A stretch of DNA of 64,000 nt from Candidatus Gastranaerophilales bacterium (GCA_944326475.1 CALVEC010000010.1:3602-67601); one strand, 5' to 3'; numbered from the stretch's first letter, positions 10,548-21,666 are shown. Numbers and translations are program-made. Notes: generated by a model from the letters alone, not told the origin.

Positions 10548-11141
10548 ATGGACGAAAAAGAAAAAATGCAAAGCGGCGTTTTGTATGACGCAAACAATGA
10601 TTATACTTTATTTAAAGACAGAATCCGCTGTAAATCGCTCTGCCATAAGTACAACAATTTGCCTCCGGAAAAAATACAGAAAAGAAAAAAATTATTAAAA
10701 AAAATAATCGGCAAGACTAAAGAAAATTTTTGGATTGAGCAGTCATTCTGGTGTGACTACGGATACAATATAGAACTGGGTGAAAATTTTTACGCAAACC
10801 ACAATTTTGTTGTCTTAGACCCGGGCAAAGTCACATTCGGCGACAATGTTTTCATTGGTCCAAACTGCTCGTTTTACACGGCACAGCACCCGCTTGACGT
10901 TGAAACCAGAAACAGAGGGCTTGAATATGCCTTCTCTATAACCGTCGGCGACAATGTTTGGTTCGGCGGCAATGTTACGGTGCTTCCCGGTGTGACTATC
11001 GGCAGCAACACTGTTATCGGTGCAGGAAGCGTAGTAACAAAAGACATCCCGTCAGGTGTGCTTGCCGCGGGAAATCCATGCCGTGTAATAAGAGAAATTA
11101 CAGAAGCAGACAAAAATAAATTTGAGCGGCAAAAGCCCTAA
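10548..11141 (+). CDS. maa: Maltose/galactoside O-acetyltransferase (hexapeptide-repeat family)
   Basis: Left-handed beta-helix hexapeptide repeats (GDNVWFGGNVTVLPGVTIGSNTVIGAGSVVTKDIP) and a Maa/LacA-type N-terminus (MQSGVLYDAN...). The track starts at GTG 10542. The ATG at 10548 has a GAGGAG SD 5 nt upstream. Confidence 0.9.
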   Translation: MDEKEKMQSGVLYDANNDYTLFKDRIRCKSLCHKYNNLPPEKIQKRKKLLKKIIGKTKENFWIEQSFWCDYGYNIELGENFYANHNFVVLDPGKVTFGDNVFIGPNCSFYTAQHPLDVETRNRGLEYAFSITVGDNVWFGGNVTVLPGVTIGSNTVIGAGSVVTKDIPSGVLAAGNPCRVIREITEADKNKFERQKP

Positions 11142-11291
11142 TAATACGCTTGTTCAGGTATTCTCTTTCTAAATGTTACGTATTGTTAAGCAAAGTATAT
11201 ACCAAAAAGGCAATTTTTATATACTTTTTTACTTTATATATATACAAGAGATATAAAACTTGAGAGAGTAAATAAGAAAGAGGATAAAGAG

Positions 11292-11672
11292 ATGGGCTTC
11301 GCAGTATCACAATTAACATCACAGAGCATTATATGTATCAAAGCTGATTTGGAATCAAGAATAATGAGTATTACAAACGAGCTTATGACACTTGCAAGAG
11401 AAAGTGCTGATATCACTAACAAACAGCAGCTTGAAGCTCAAAATTATATCAATCAGGATGATGATCCTGTTGCGGCAGTTGAGTATGTGAACAGTGACGC
11501 ATTTCAGTCAAAATATCAGGCACAGCTTGCACGTATAAATGTAAAAGAACAACAGCTCAACGTTGAAAAACAACAGGCTGAAACAAAACAGAAAATGCTT
11601 GCAACACAGCAGGACGGCTGGCAAAAACTTACAGAAAACAACATTAAAGACGGATTCACTTACGCAAGCTAA
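11292..11672 (+). CDS. Hypothetical Gln-rich coiled-coil protein (126 aa)
   Basis: ORF with a GAGGA SD. Heptad-like Q/E/K-rich sequence. No family recognised. Confidence 0.5.
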   Translation: MGFAVSQLTSQSIICIKADLESRIMSITNELMTLARESADITNKQQLEAQNYINQDDDPVAAVEYVNSDAFQSKYQAQLARINVKEQQLNVEKQQAETKQKMLATQQDGWQKLTENNIKDGFTYAS

Positions 11673-11730
11673 TAATTTCATAGAGTTAAATAACGGGCAA
11701 AACTAAGACTAATCGGGAAAGAGAGAGAAT

Positions 11731-11916
11731 ATGACCACATCAAATCCATTCGCAAATTACACATTGTCTATTGCTGCGCAATACGATGAAACAAAAGCTG
11801 CAATAAAAAAAGCGCAGCAAAAACCGAGACACAAGATTTACCGGTCTTTGGATAAAATGCTTGAGGAATGTTTTTTCCTCGGCGCAGGCTGGATTGGGAA
11901 CAACTATATAGCCTAG
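11731..11916 (+). CDS. Hypothetical small protein (61 aa)
   Basis: Short ORF 58 nt downstream of the previous gene, with a purine-rich region before the ATG. Weak support. Confidence 0.35.
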   Translation: MTTSNPFANYTLSIAAQYDETKAAIKKAQQKPRHKIYRSLDKMLEECFFLGAGWIGNNYIA

Positions 11917-11982
11917 AAAACCGGTGCCTGAGAATTTTTAGGCGGTTCCTTTAGCTGCGCCGGCAACAGACTGCATTGCCGT

Positions 11983-12993
11983 CTACAACCCGACATTTAC
12001 GTCGAGATTGAGTTCATCAATGAGTTCGAGAATGGATGTAATTTCATTCATTGTTGTTTGAAATTCTTTAAAATCATATACGGACTTGGTCAGCGTCCCG
12101 AGTTTAAACATGTCTTTGTTTGTTTTTATGGCGAGCCATACCATATTATTCACAATACACAGGTCAGTTTGTTTTGCGTCAAAAGCAAATGATACCTGTT
12201 TTAGCCGTTCCATAAAAGACGGGGTAAGAATATACCTTGCCTCTACCTGGTCGGTTGCATAAACGGAAAACTGTTTCATAAACCCGGAATCTTCAAGGTT
12301 AACCTGTTCCAGATATGGCGCAATCTCGTCATAGCGCCATTTTCTGAAATATGTTTTTCTAAGCAGCGTATTCTGCTGCACAATGGTTGTACCTTTATAC
12401 AGTTTCGGTGTTTCAAGAGAAATAATTATCCCTTGAAAAAACTTATCGCCATCATAACTCAGTTCTGTATCGGTAATTGTTATTTCAATATCCTTGTATG
12501 AACCCGTAAAAACATCATCATCGTGAATAAAAACCTTATTATTTATACCATTAGGATTCGTATCAGGATGCGCTTTTTTAAAAACTCCATAAAACAGTCC
12601 GCTGTGCTTGACTTTGTCGTATCTGTGCATGTCAATATTTACCTGACACCATTCAAAATTGCCCAGACTTCTTAATACAACCGGAAAAATTTGTTCTTTT
12701 ACCTTAATTTCAAAATCTTTTTTTATGTTTGTATACCAAAGCGGTATTATCAGTACCAGAATGCAGAGAATTGGTGTCAATGACACAAAAGTTCTCGCTA
12801 AATACTCCGGCAGGATTGCAATTGCAAAAAATGACAATACAATAAAAAATGTTAAAATTCCGCCGGCAAGTGAAAAAAGCCTTGCGTTTTTAAGTATTTT
12901 TATACGCTCGGATTCAAACTTTTTAGCAATCGGAATAATTTCCTCAGAAAATATTTTATAGGCGTTTTTTCTAAATTCTGATGCGTATGTCAT
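11983..12993 (-). CDS. Hypothetical membrane protein, DUF3137-like
   Basis: 336 aa. Two N-proximal TM helices, then a soluble domain containing ...LEDSGFMKQFSVYATDQVEARYILTPSFMERL... I recall this as the DUF3137 signature. Assignment is from memory only. Confidence 0.6.
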   Translation of the reverse strand: MTYASEFRKNAYKIFSEEIIPIAKKFESERIKILKNARLFSLAGGILTFFIVLSFFAIAILPEYLARTFVSLTPILCILVLIIPLWYTNIKKDFEIKVKEQIFPVVLRSLGNFEWCQVNIDMHRYDKVKHSGLFYGVFKKAHPDTNPNGINNKVFIHDDDVFTGSYKDIEITITDTELSYDGDKFFQGIIISLETPKLYKGTTIVQQNTLLRKTYFRKWRYDEIAPYLEQVNLEDSGFMKQFSVYATDQVEARYILTPSFMERLKQVSFAFDAKQTDLCIVNNMVWLAIKTNKDMFKLGTLTKSVYDFKEFQTTMNEITSILELIDELNLDVNVGL

Positions 12994-13070
12994 TATTTAA
13001 TTATAGAAGCAAACCGGCTGCGTAAAACCTCTTAACGGTGTAAAAAAGTAAAGTAGGAGCGCAGTGAAAA

Positions 13071-13163
13071 GCTTCGCGTTTTGCGCTAAACGTCGAGCCG
13101 TTAAGATGCTGAACATGGAGATATTGAAGCGGACACAAACGCCGGTCGCTTTAGCATGACAGA
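13071..13163 (+). repeat. Intergenic structured repeat, copy A (full length)
   Basis: Aligns by eye with the reverse complement of 56919..57022 and with 60954..61016. Shared core: GCGCTAAAC-N-CG-N-GCCGKTAAGATGCTGAACATGGAGATATTRAAGCGGACACAAA...CGCTTYAGCATGACAGA. The ATGCTGAA / TTTAGCAT arms can pair. Confidence 0.7.
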
Positions 13164-13278
13164 TTCTTGTCAGGTTAAAAACAAAAACGTCTGTAACCGA
13201 GTATACGCCAGTGGGTGATGGTTTATTAAATCGAAAGTAAAAAAATGATAAAAAATGCTTAATTTTCCTTATAATTTA

Positions 13279-13308
13279 TTGACTTTGGAGTTTTGGCTAA
13301 AGTACACT
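13279..13308 (+). promoter_or_regulatory. Candidate sigma70-type promoter of the TpsB-like gene
   Basis: TTGACT (13279-13284), 18-nt spacer, TACACT (13303-13308). AGGAA SD before the ATG at 13332. Confidence 0.3.
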
Positions 13309-13331
13309 GTAATTACTTGTAGGAATAAAGT

Positions 13332-15443
13332 ATGAAAAAACTATTGCTCTTAATAGGCTTGTTCCTGTTAAGTCAACCATGTAGTATCGTTTCAGCTTCG
13401 GCGGGAGAGAGGATGGTAATGAATCCACCGATTCCGGTAAGTGTTCGGGAAAACACTGACGGTCAGGCGTATTCGGCAGCACCCGTACCTGCCGGCTCAG
13501 TTACGCCCTCATCACCGGAGGAGGATGAGGTTACGGACGTTTCTGTCTCAAAAACAGCAGCGCCGCTGCCCGTGCCTTCTTCAAATGCAATAGTTCCTGT
13601 TATGACTCCTGCTCAATCCCCGGTTGAAAATTCCGCAAGTGCCGGGTCTGAAACACCGGCTCCCGATGTTATTCCTGCAAGTAATGAGCCGGAAACTCAA
13701 AATAACAGTGAAAACTTTGTTCCCCAAACAGATTACTCTGATGCAGGTCTTGCTTCCCCTGCCCGTAACTTTGAATACAAAAACAATATTCCTCAAGTAA
13801 TTTCAGACTCAGTATCAGAGAATGAGACCGGAAAACCGCCTATTCCTTATTTTGTTGACCAACAGACCGGCGGCATTTTTGAGGAGGTTGAAAAGCCCAT
13901 CGAACCTATTTTTGAGGAAGTTCGCACTACTATAACACAGGTTGAATTTCCGGAGTCAAAAATCTTTACGCAGGAAGAACTGCAGCGGCTTGTTGAACCT
14001 CTGTTCGGAAAACCCGTGTCATTGGAAGACATAAAAAAGGTGGTCGACGGAATCACCCGCTGTTATGTTCTTGGCGATTACACAACTTCGAGAGCTTATC
14101 TTCCGCCGCAAACTATTGAAGACGGCATTTTGAAAATAGGTCTAATCGAGGGGACTGTCGGTAAGGTTACTGTCGAAGACAACGTACACACCCGTACAAC
14201 TTACATTACAAGCCGTGTTCCGATTCAGGAAGGCAGTGTAGTGCAGCTCGGCAAGCTTCAAAAGGATGTTATAAAATTTAACAATCTTAACACTGCTAAG
14301 CTTAAAATTGAGCTGTATGCCGGAGAAAATCAAGGCGAAACGGATATTGTACTGAAAACGGAAGAACCTTTCCCGTTCAAAGTTTCTGTTATGACTGACA
14401 ACGCCGGCAGAGAGTCAACAGGTAAAAACCGGGTCGGCGCAATGGTTACATACGACAGCGTATTGGGTCTCAGAGACAAATTAACTTTAGGCGGGTACCT
14501 TGGCAAAGGCACGCGTATCGGGTTTGCAGACTATAATATTCCTATAAGTAAGTACGGCACACGCTTTGGGGTTTCTGTTTCCGCAAATAATATTGATGTT
14601 GTAAAAGGTCCGATGAGAGCCTGGGGAATAGGCGGCAAATCCCAGGTTTATTCAGCTTATTTGACACACCCGATTGTCAATAACCCTGATTTCAACCTTA
14701 ATTCTTACACATCGGCAAACATAAAACATTCCAGCACAGATATAACAGGCGTAAAAATACTGGAAAACGATACTTTCTCTGTGACTCAGGGATTTACTGC
14801 AAGAAAAGACACAAAACGCGGTATCTGGTATACCGGTCATTTCGGTTCTGCCGGATTCAAAGCTTTTTCAGGTGATGATGAGTTTTTGAAATATGAAGGC
14901 AACCTGACCAGACTGCACGATTTTGGGCACGGTATTTTGGGTGAATTTAGGATTGCAGGTCAGTATTCTCCGGACAAAAATCTTCCCTGGATGGAACAAT
15001 TCCAGCTTGGCGGTATTTCGACCGTAAGAGGTTATTCGGAAGCACTGCTTCTCGGAAAAAGCGGATATTTTGCAAGTGCGGAAATCTTAACCCCGCTTCC
15101 GTTTTTGCCGAGAAAAATCGGCTCTGAACGACTCGGATACATAAGACCGAGGGATATGATAAAAGGTGCTGTATTTATGGACAATGGTATGGTTTTCCCT
15201 TACAAATACGGTGAAGCAGTCGACAGCGGCGACTTTTTGATGAGCTGGGGGGTCGGATTAAGAATGCAGCTAAGCCAGAATCTCGGTGCCAGATTCTACT
15301 GGGGCTTCGGTCTCAACAACAGGTATGAATACGACCAGCAGGCAGGACGTTTCCACTTTGAAATCACCTGCACACCTGACATAGGTACAATTTTGAGCCA
15401 GAGAAAATTTAAAGAAAATTACAAAATAGAGGATGATTTGTAA
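13332..15443 (+). CDS. ShlB/FhaC/HecB-family (TpsB-type) outer membrane transporter with a long Pro/Ser/Glu-rich N-terminal region
   Basis: 703 aa. Signal peptide, about 190 aa of low complexity, then a ShlB-type POTRA pattern (...FGKPVSLEDIKKVVDGITRCYVLGDYTTSRAYLPPQTIEDGILKIGLIEGTVGKVTVE...) and DNAGRESTGKNR... followed by a beta-barrel. Confidence 0.85.
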   Translation: MKKLLLLIGLFLLSQPCSIVSASAGERMVMNPPIPVSVRENTDGQAYSAAPVPAGSVTPSSPEEDEVTDVSVSKTAAPLPVPSSNAIVPVMTPAQSPVENSASAGSETPAPDVIPASNEPETQNNSENFVPQTDYSDAGLASPARNFEYKNNIPQVISDSVSENETGKPPIPYFVDQQTGGIFEEVEKPIEPIFEEVRTTITQVEFPESKIFTQEELQRLVEPLFGKPVSLEDIKKVVDGITRCYVLGDYTTSRAYLPPQTIEDGILKIGLIEGTVGKVTVEDNVHTRTTYITSRVPIQEGSVVQLGKLQKDVIKFNNLNTAKLKIELYAGENQGETDIVLKTEEPFPFKVSVMTDNAGRESTGKNRVGAMVTYDSVLGLRDKLTLGGYLGKGTRIGFADYNIPISKYGTRFGVSVSANNIDVVKGPMRAWGIGGKSQVYSAYLTHPIVNNPDFNLNSYTSANIKHSSTDITGVKILENDTFSVTQGFTARKDTKRGIWYTGHFGSAGFKAFSGDDEFLKYEGNLTRLHDFGHGILGEFRIAGQYSPDKNLPWMEQFQLGGISTVRGYSEALLLGKSGYFASAEILTPLPFLPRKIGSERLGYIRPRDMIKGAVFMDNGMVFPYKYGEAVDSGDFLMSWGVGLRMQLSQNLGARFYWGFGLNNRYEYDQQAGRFHFEITCTPDIGTILSQRKFKENYKIEDDL

Positions 15444-15721
15444 TGAAAAAAATTATTGTTTTAATTATGTTTATGCTTCCGATGACAGCTTTTGCCGAGG
15501 GTGTTCCTGCCAATATGCCGATAAACCAGAGTATTTTTCAACCGGAAACAACCCGTCCCTTATACAATATTGAAAGAAATTCCTATACAAACAGCGCAAT
15601 ACAGCAGCTAACAGTTCCCAAAGAAGAACCTATAGCGGAACAAACACAAAAACAGAAATCGGAAGAATCCCAAGGAAAAGGTCTTAAAGGGCTTTTTGAA
15701 GGATTTACTGTTGAGTGGTAA
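15443..15721 (+). CDS. Small secreted protein (92 aa), translationally coupled to the TpsB-like gene
   Basis: TAATG stop/start overlap at 15441-15445, GAGGA SD inside the upstream gene. Signal peptide MKKIIVLIMFMLPMTAFA/EG. Confidence 0.55.
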   Translation: MKKIIVLIMFMLPMTAFAEGVPANMPINQSIFQPETTRPLYNIERNSYTNSAIQQLTVPKEEPIAEQTQKQKSEESQGKGLKGLFEGFTVEW

Positions 15722-15746
15722 CTTTTTGCCGCAATAAATACGGGAA

Positions 15747-17630
15747 CTAAATTTTTGTGGCAAGAGACGGTGCAATACTTATGAAGGCTCTTACAAGTCT
15801 TTCATCCCAGTGAATGCCTGCGCCGAGTTTTAAAATTTCACAAGCCTTTTCAACAGAAAGACCTTTTCTGTAGGGGCGGTCGCTTATTAATGCGTGATAA
15901 GCGTCAGCAACAGAAACTATTCTTGCCGTCAGCGGTATTTCTTCACCCTTAAGTCTTTCGGGGTACCCTGTGCCATCCCAGTGTTCGTGATGATATTTTA
16001 CCATCGGAATCAGGTCATGAAGCGACTCGTTCGGTCTTAGAACTTTCTCTGCGCCGATAACAGGGTGCTGTTTCATTATTTCCCATTCTTCGTCAGTCAG
16101 CTTCGAGGGTTTGCGAAGAACATTTTCCGGTATGCCGATTTTACCGATATCATGCAGCAAAGCGCCGAGTTTTATACGCTCAACATCTTTTTCCGGAAGG
16201 TTAAGCGCTCTTGCAAGCGCCTCTGAATATCTGGAGACAGAAGACGAGTGACCTTTTGTGTATTCGTCTTTTGCATCTATTGCTGACGCAAGCGACGTTA
16301 CAACTTCTATAAGGTGATTTTGCGAGATAATTTCTTCATTATGGAACTTGTTAACAAGTTCTTCATCAAAGTTTATGCCTATTTGCGAATGCCGTTTTGC
16401 AACAATCGAAGCAAAAGAACTCAGCGCCATATCATCCCAGAAATCAAAATCTTCTGAGGACACAATAGTTGACATTCCGTTTTTGTAACCTTTGCTTTTT
16501 GAAATATACATAGCCTGTTCAGCTAGTATAAGAAGTTTTTCCTGGTCTTTTGTAGCGTCAGGATAAGTTGCAATGCCGACAGATACCTTAATCGGACCGA
16601 CATCGTCGACAAGACAGCAGGAAAGCGCGTATGTCAGATATTCCGCAAGATATTTTGCGTCAGCAGAGTCTGTTTCGGGAAGTATTATAGAAATCTCATC
16701 CCCGCCGTATCTGGCTGCGGTATCGTTGTTTCTGATGTTCTGCTTAATTTTGTCAGCAACAATTTTTATTATTTCATCCCCTTTTGCCGGTCCAAAATCT
16801 TTGTTAATCTGTGAAATATTGTTTATATCAAAAATAACAACAGATGTTTTAGTCTCGGTTCTGTTTGCCTTATCAAGCTCTTGCGCAAGTATTTCCTGAA
16901 ATTTTCTGTGGTTGTTGAGATTTGTCAGTGCGTCTGTGTGGGTGTTGAGCATAACTTTTGCCGAAAGCTCTTTATTTTGTACAAAAAGTGCAAGATAATT
17001 TGCCATAAGTTTGTATAATTCAGCGGAAGATTCAAAATTATTATCTCCGACAAGAAAAACCCCGCTGCAGTTTCCGGCAATACAAAGGGGAATAATACCC
17101 ACTGCAGACTGTGTCAGGTAATGAATGTTCAAAAAATCACTGTTTTCTATAAAAGCAATTTGCTTTGACTTAAAAGCCTGCTCTATCGGGGTTTCATGTC
17201 CGTTAATCAAAATTCTTGATGTAAAGGTAGAGCCGATTTTGTCAATAATTTTCAGATTTATGTAATTTGACTGCTCATTAAAAACGCCAAAGGCGGTGAA
17301 CATCGCGTTAAGTCTGTTAACGCATATATTATGGAGTGAATAAAATAGTTCGCCCTGTGTGTCTTTGTCTTTTATAACTTCATTTAAAAATTTAATTATT
17401 TCAGCGTAGTCGATACTTGCTGTCTGCATCCAGTTAGTGCGGCTGTAGCCGGCATACATACGATTTGCAGTGGTTCTGTTGTTAAGGCTGTTAATTTTAG
17501 ACACAAGTCCTTCCGGGAGTATCGGGTTTGTCTGGGGGGCGCCTGAACTCCGGCTTTCGTTGTTATCCGTACTTTTTAACTTATTCAAGTCCAAAATTTC
17601 ACCTTCCTGAGTTAATCTTACAAAACACAT
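15747..17630 (-). CDS. GAF-like sensor / GGDEF diguanylate cyclase / HD-GYP phosphodiesterase hybrid
   Basis: GGDEF domain with RYGGDEISIILPETD. HD-GYP domain with LHDIGKIGIP...HHEHWDGTGYPERLKG...ADAYHALISDRPYRKG. An alternative TTG start at 17594 is preceded by AGGAAGGTG. Confidence 0.85.
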   Translation of the reverse strand: MCFVRLTQEGEILDLNKLKSTDNNESRSSGAPQTNPILPEGLVSKINSLNNRTTANRMYAGYSRTNWMQTASIDYAEIIKFLNEVIKDKDTQGELFYSLHNICVNRLNAMFTAFGVFNEQSNYINLKIIDKIGSTFTSRILINGHETPIEQAFKSKQIAFIENSDFLNIHYLTQSAVGIIPLCIAGNCSGVFLVGDNNFESSAELYKLMANYLALFVQNKELSAKVMLNTHTDALTNLNNHRKFQEILAQELDKANRTETKTSVVIFDINNISQINKDFGPAKGDEIIKIVADKIKQNIRNNDTAARYGGDEISIILPETDSADAKYLAEYLTYALSCCLVDDVGPIKVSVGIATYPDATKDQEKLLILAEQAMYISKSKGYKNGMSTIVSSEDFDFWDDMALSSFASIVAKRHSQIGINFDEELVNKFHNEEIISQNHLIEVVTSLASAIDAKDEYTKGHSSSVSRYSEALARALNLPEKDVERIKLGALLHDIGKIGIPENVLRKPSKLTDEEWEIMKQHPVIGAEKVLRPNESLHDLIPMVKYHHEHWDGTGYPERLKGEEIPLTARIVSVADAYHALISDRPYRKGLSVEKACEILKLGAGIHWDERLVRAFISIAPSLATKI

Positions 17631-17710
17631 AATACATTTTTTTTGACAAAAAAATCGGAAATGTTGAATTTTGTTAAAAATAACTCACACTAAGTCTGAA
17701 TATTGTATCA

Positions 17711-17745
17711 GCTAAACACCGGGTTTGTAAAGATGTTAACAGTGT
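17711..17745 (+). repeat. Possible degenerate remnant of the intergenic repeat family
   Basis: GCTAAACACCGGGTTTGTAAAGATGTTAACAGTG resembles copy C (GCTAAACACCGCGCCGGTAAGATTCTGAACATGG). The first 11 nt are identical and the rest is partially similar. Confidence 0.25.
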
Positions 17746-17837
17746 ATATTAATACACGAAAAGATAATCAGTGAGCAGGTCGATATTGTTGATTTCCAAG
17801 CCGGTACAGAAATACGCCGGGCAAAACAACATTCTGA

Positions 17838-19217
17838 TTACTTCCTGTTTATGCCGGTTACTTTTACCTTGTCTGTCATAATAAATTTAATATTGTCTTT
17901 TGTAATAACTTCTCCCGGAAGAATCATCGGAATACCGGGCGGGTATGGAAGTACAACTTCTGCACAAATTCTGCCTTCGGCTTTTTCCGTATCAATATAT
18001 TCATAAGGGTGAAAATAAGCTTCGCGCGGGGTATAAATCATTCTCGGCAGCTCTATATTGTATTTGTCTCCGACGATATCCGCCTCAACCTCCATAACCG
18101 ATATTTCTTTTAGTGCACTTAAAAGTTTTTCAAATTTGCGTTTTTGGGTGCCTATTCCTGTCAAAAACAGAAGTGCGTTGTCGTTTGAAAATTCTTCTTC
18201 AATTTTAAAATCATCATTTAATATTTTGGCAACCGCCTGAGCAGGAAGACTTTTCATCCTAAGCAGCAATTTTGCTTTATCATTAAATCCGGAATAGACT
18301 TCCACATCATCCAGATAATGCGTTTTTGCAATAAAATCTTCCACTAGGTCATACAATTTTCTGACTTCATTTTTCCCTTTATCCGAGAACAAGAAGTTTA
18401 CAACAGCCTCTATCGCAATCATCATCGGATAAGACGGCGATGTTGTTGTAACAAGATTCAGAGCTGCCTGTACTGCCTCAGGAGTAATTTTAGAACTTTT
18501 AGCAATGTGCAAGAGTCCGCAGGGCGCGGGTGCACCGGCTGTTTTGTGCAAAGAATGTACGGAAATGTCGGCACCGGAAACAATTGCAGGTGCATATCCC
18601 GTATAATCTCTCGCAAAATTTGACAAGGCACCGTGAGATTCATCCACAATAAGAACGGCACCGTACTTTTTTGTTACCTCTGAAATTTGCGGAATGCTTG
18701 AATAGACTCCTTCATAAGTCGGACTTGTTATTATAACCGCTTTAATAAGAGGGTTGCTTTTGAGCTTGCGCTCAATTTCTTCTGCCGTAACGGATTTGAA
18801 AATATCCCATTTCTCATCCCTTTCCGGCATGAACCAAACAGGCGTTGCGCCTGTCAACACAAGACCGTTATAAACAGAAACGTGGCAGTTCCTTGCGACC
18901 AGAACTTCATCAAAGCTGTTTAATACAGCAAGCATGGCGGCAATAATCCCGGTTGTTGCACCGTTTGGCAGCATAAATGAACACTTTGATGTGTATATTT
19001 TAGAAATATTATACTGCAGCTCTTTTAAGATTCCGTCAGGTGCTCTAAGGTTGTCAAATCCTTCGGTTTCCGACATATCGCATTCAAAAAACTTGCGCCC
19101 CAGGAGGTTTTCTGCTTCAGGGCAGATAAAATCACCCTGTGAATGACTCGGTGTTGTAAAATTACAGGTCTTTTTGTTAAATTTTTTATTATATGTTACT
19201 TTCTGAATTAAACTCAT
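17838..19217 (-). CDS. Orn/Lys/Arg decarboxylase family (PLP-dependent, fold type I)
   Basis: PLP-lysine block ISVHSLHKTAGA. Overall similarity to SpeA/YaaO-type decarboxylases. The track ORF extends to 19310, but that extension overlaps ligA. The ATG at 19215-19217 (MSLIQK...) is the likelier start. Confidence 0.85.
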   Translation of the reverse strand: MSLIQKVTYNKKFNKKTCNFTTPSHSQGDFICPEAENLLGRKFFECDMSETEGFDNLRAPDGILKELQYNISKIYTSKCSFMLPNGATTGIIAAMLAVLNSFDEVLVARNCHVSVYNGLVLTGATPVWFMPERDEKWDIFKSVTAEEIERKLKSNPLIKAVIITSPTYEGVYSSIPQISEVTKKYGAVLIVDESHGALSNFARDYTGYAPAIVSGADISVHSLHKTAGAPAPCGLLHIAKSSKITPEAVQAALNLVTTTSPSYPMMIAIEAVVNFLFSDKGKNEVRKLYDLVEDFIAKTHYLDDVEVYSGFNDKAKLLLRMKSLPAQAVAKILNDDFKIEEEFSNDNALLFLTGIGTQKRKFEKLLSALKEISVMEVEADIVGDKYNIELPRMIYTPREAYFHPYEYIDTEKAEGRICAEVVLPYPPGIPMILPGEVITKDNIKFIMTDKVKVTGINRK

Positions 19218-19243
19218 ATTTTTTTGTTGTACAATAATTTTGA

Positions 19244-21264
<2,021 letters not shown>

Positions 21265-21265
<1 letters not shown>

Positions 21266-21651
21266 TGAACAGAAGATTTAATGTTATACAGCTTTCCGGA
21301 CTTAAAGGAATATTTTTTGTATTTTTCGGTCTTGGTTGCGCCGCTGCGGGATTCCTTATTTTTCCCGGCTGGGTATGTATGCATATCTGGAATTTTATTA
21401 TGTCTTACATTGCGGATATGCCTTCTATGACTCTTTTACACGGAATTATTCTCTGGTGTATTATTGCACTTGTTACATTCCAACTCATAAAAAAAGACTT
21501 CGGTATTTCATTTAAAAGTGTATCACCGGCAGAAGAAAGGCTTAAAAGAATTATAGAGGCAAAAAGAAAAGAACTGGAAGAAGCACAAAAAGCTGAGTTT
21601 TCGGTTATTAAAGAAGAACACAATAAAAACAACGAAGAAATAAAGAAATAG
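21265..21651 (+). CDS. Hypothetical membrane protein (128 aa)
   Basis: TAATG overlap with the ligA stop, GGAGAA SD. Two or three hydrophobic helices and a charged C-terminal tail. Confidence 0.55.
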
Positions 21652-21666
21652 GAGTTATTGGTAATT

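Noticed and set aside
13106-13159. The 17-codon mini-ORF (MLNMEILKRTQ...) inside repeat copies A and B as a real peptide gene
   Set aside because: It has no SD. Its start and stop are simply the two arms of the hairpin. Copy C truncates it and copy E changes ATG to ATC while preserving pairing. This is kept only as an alternative in the findings.
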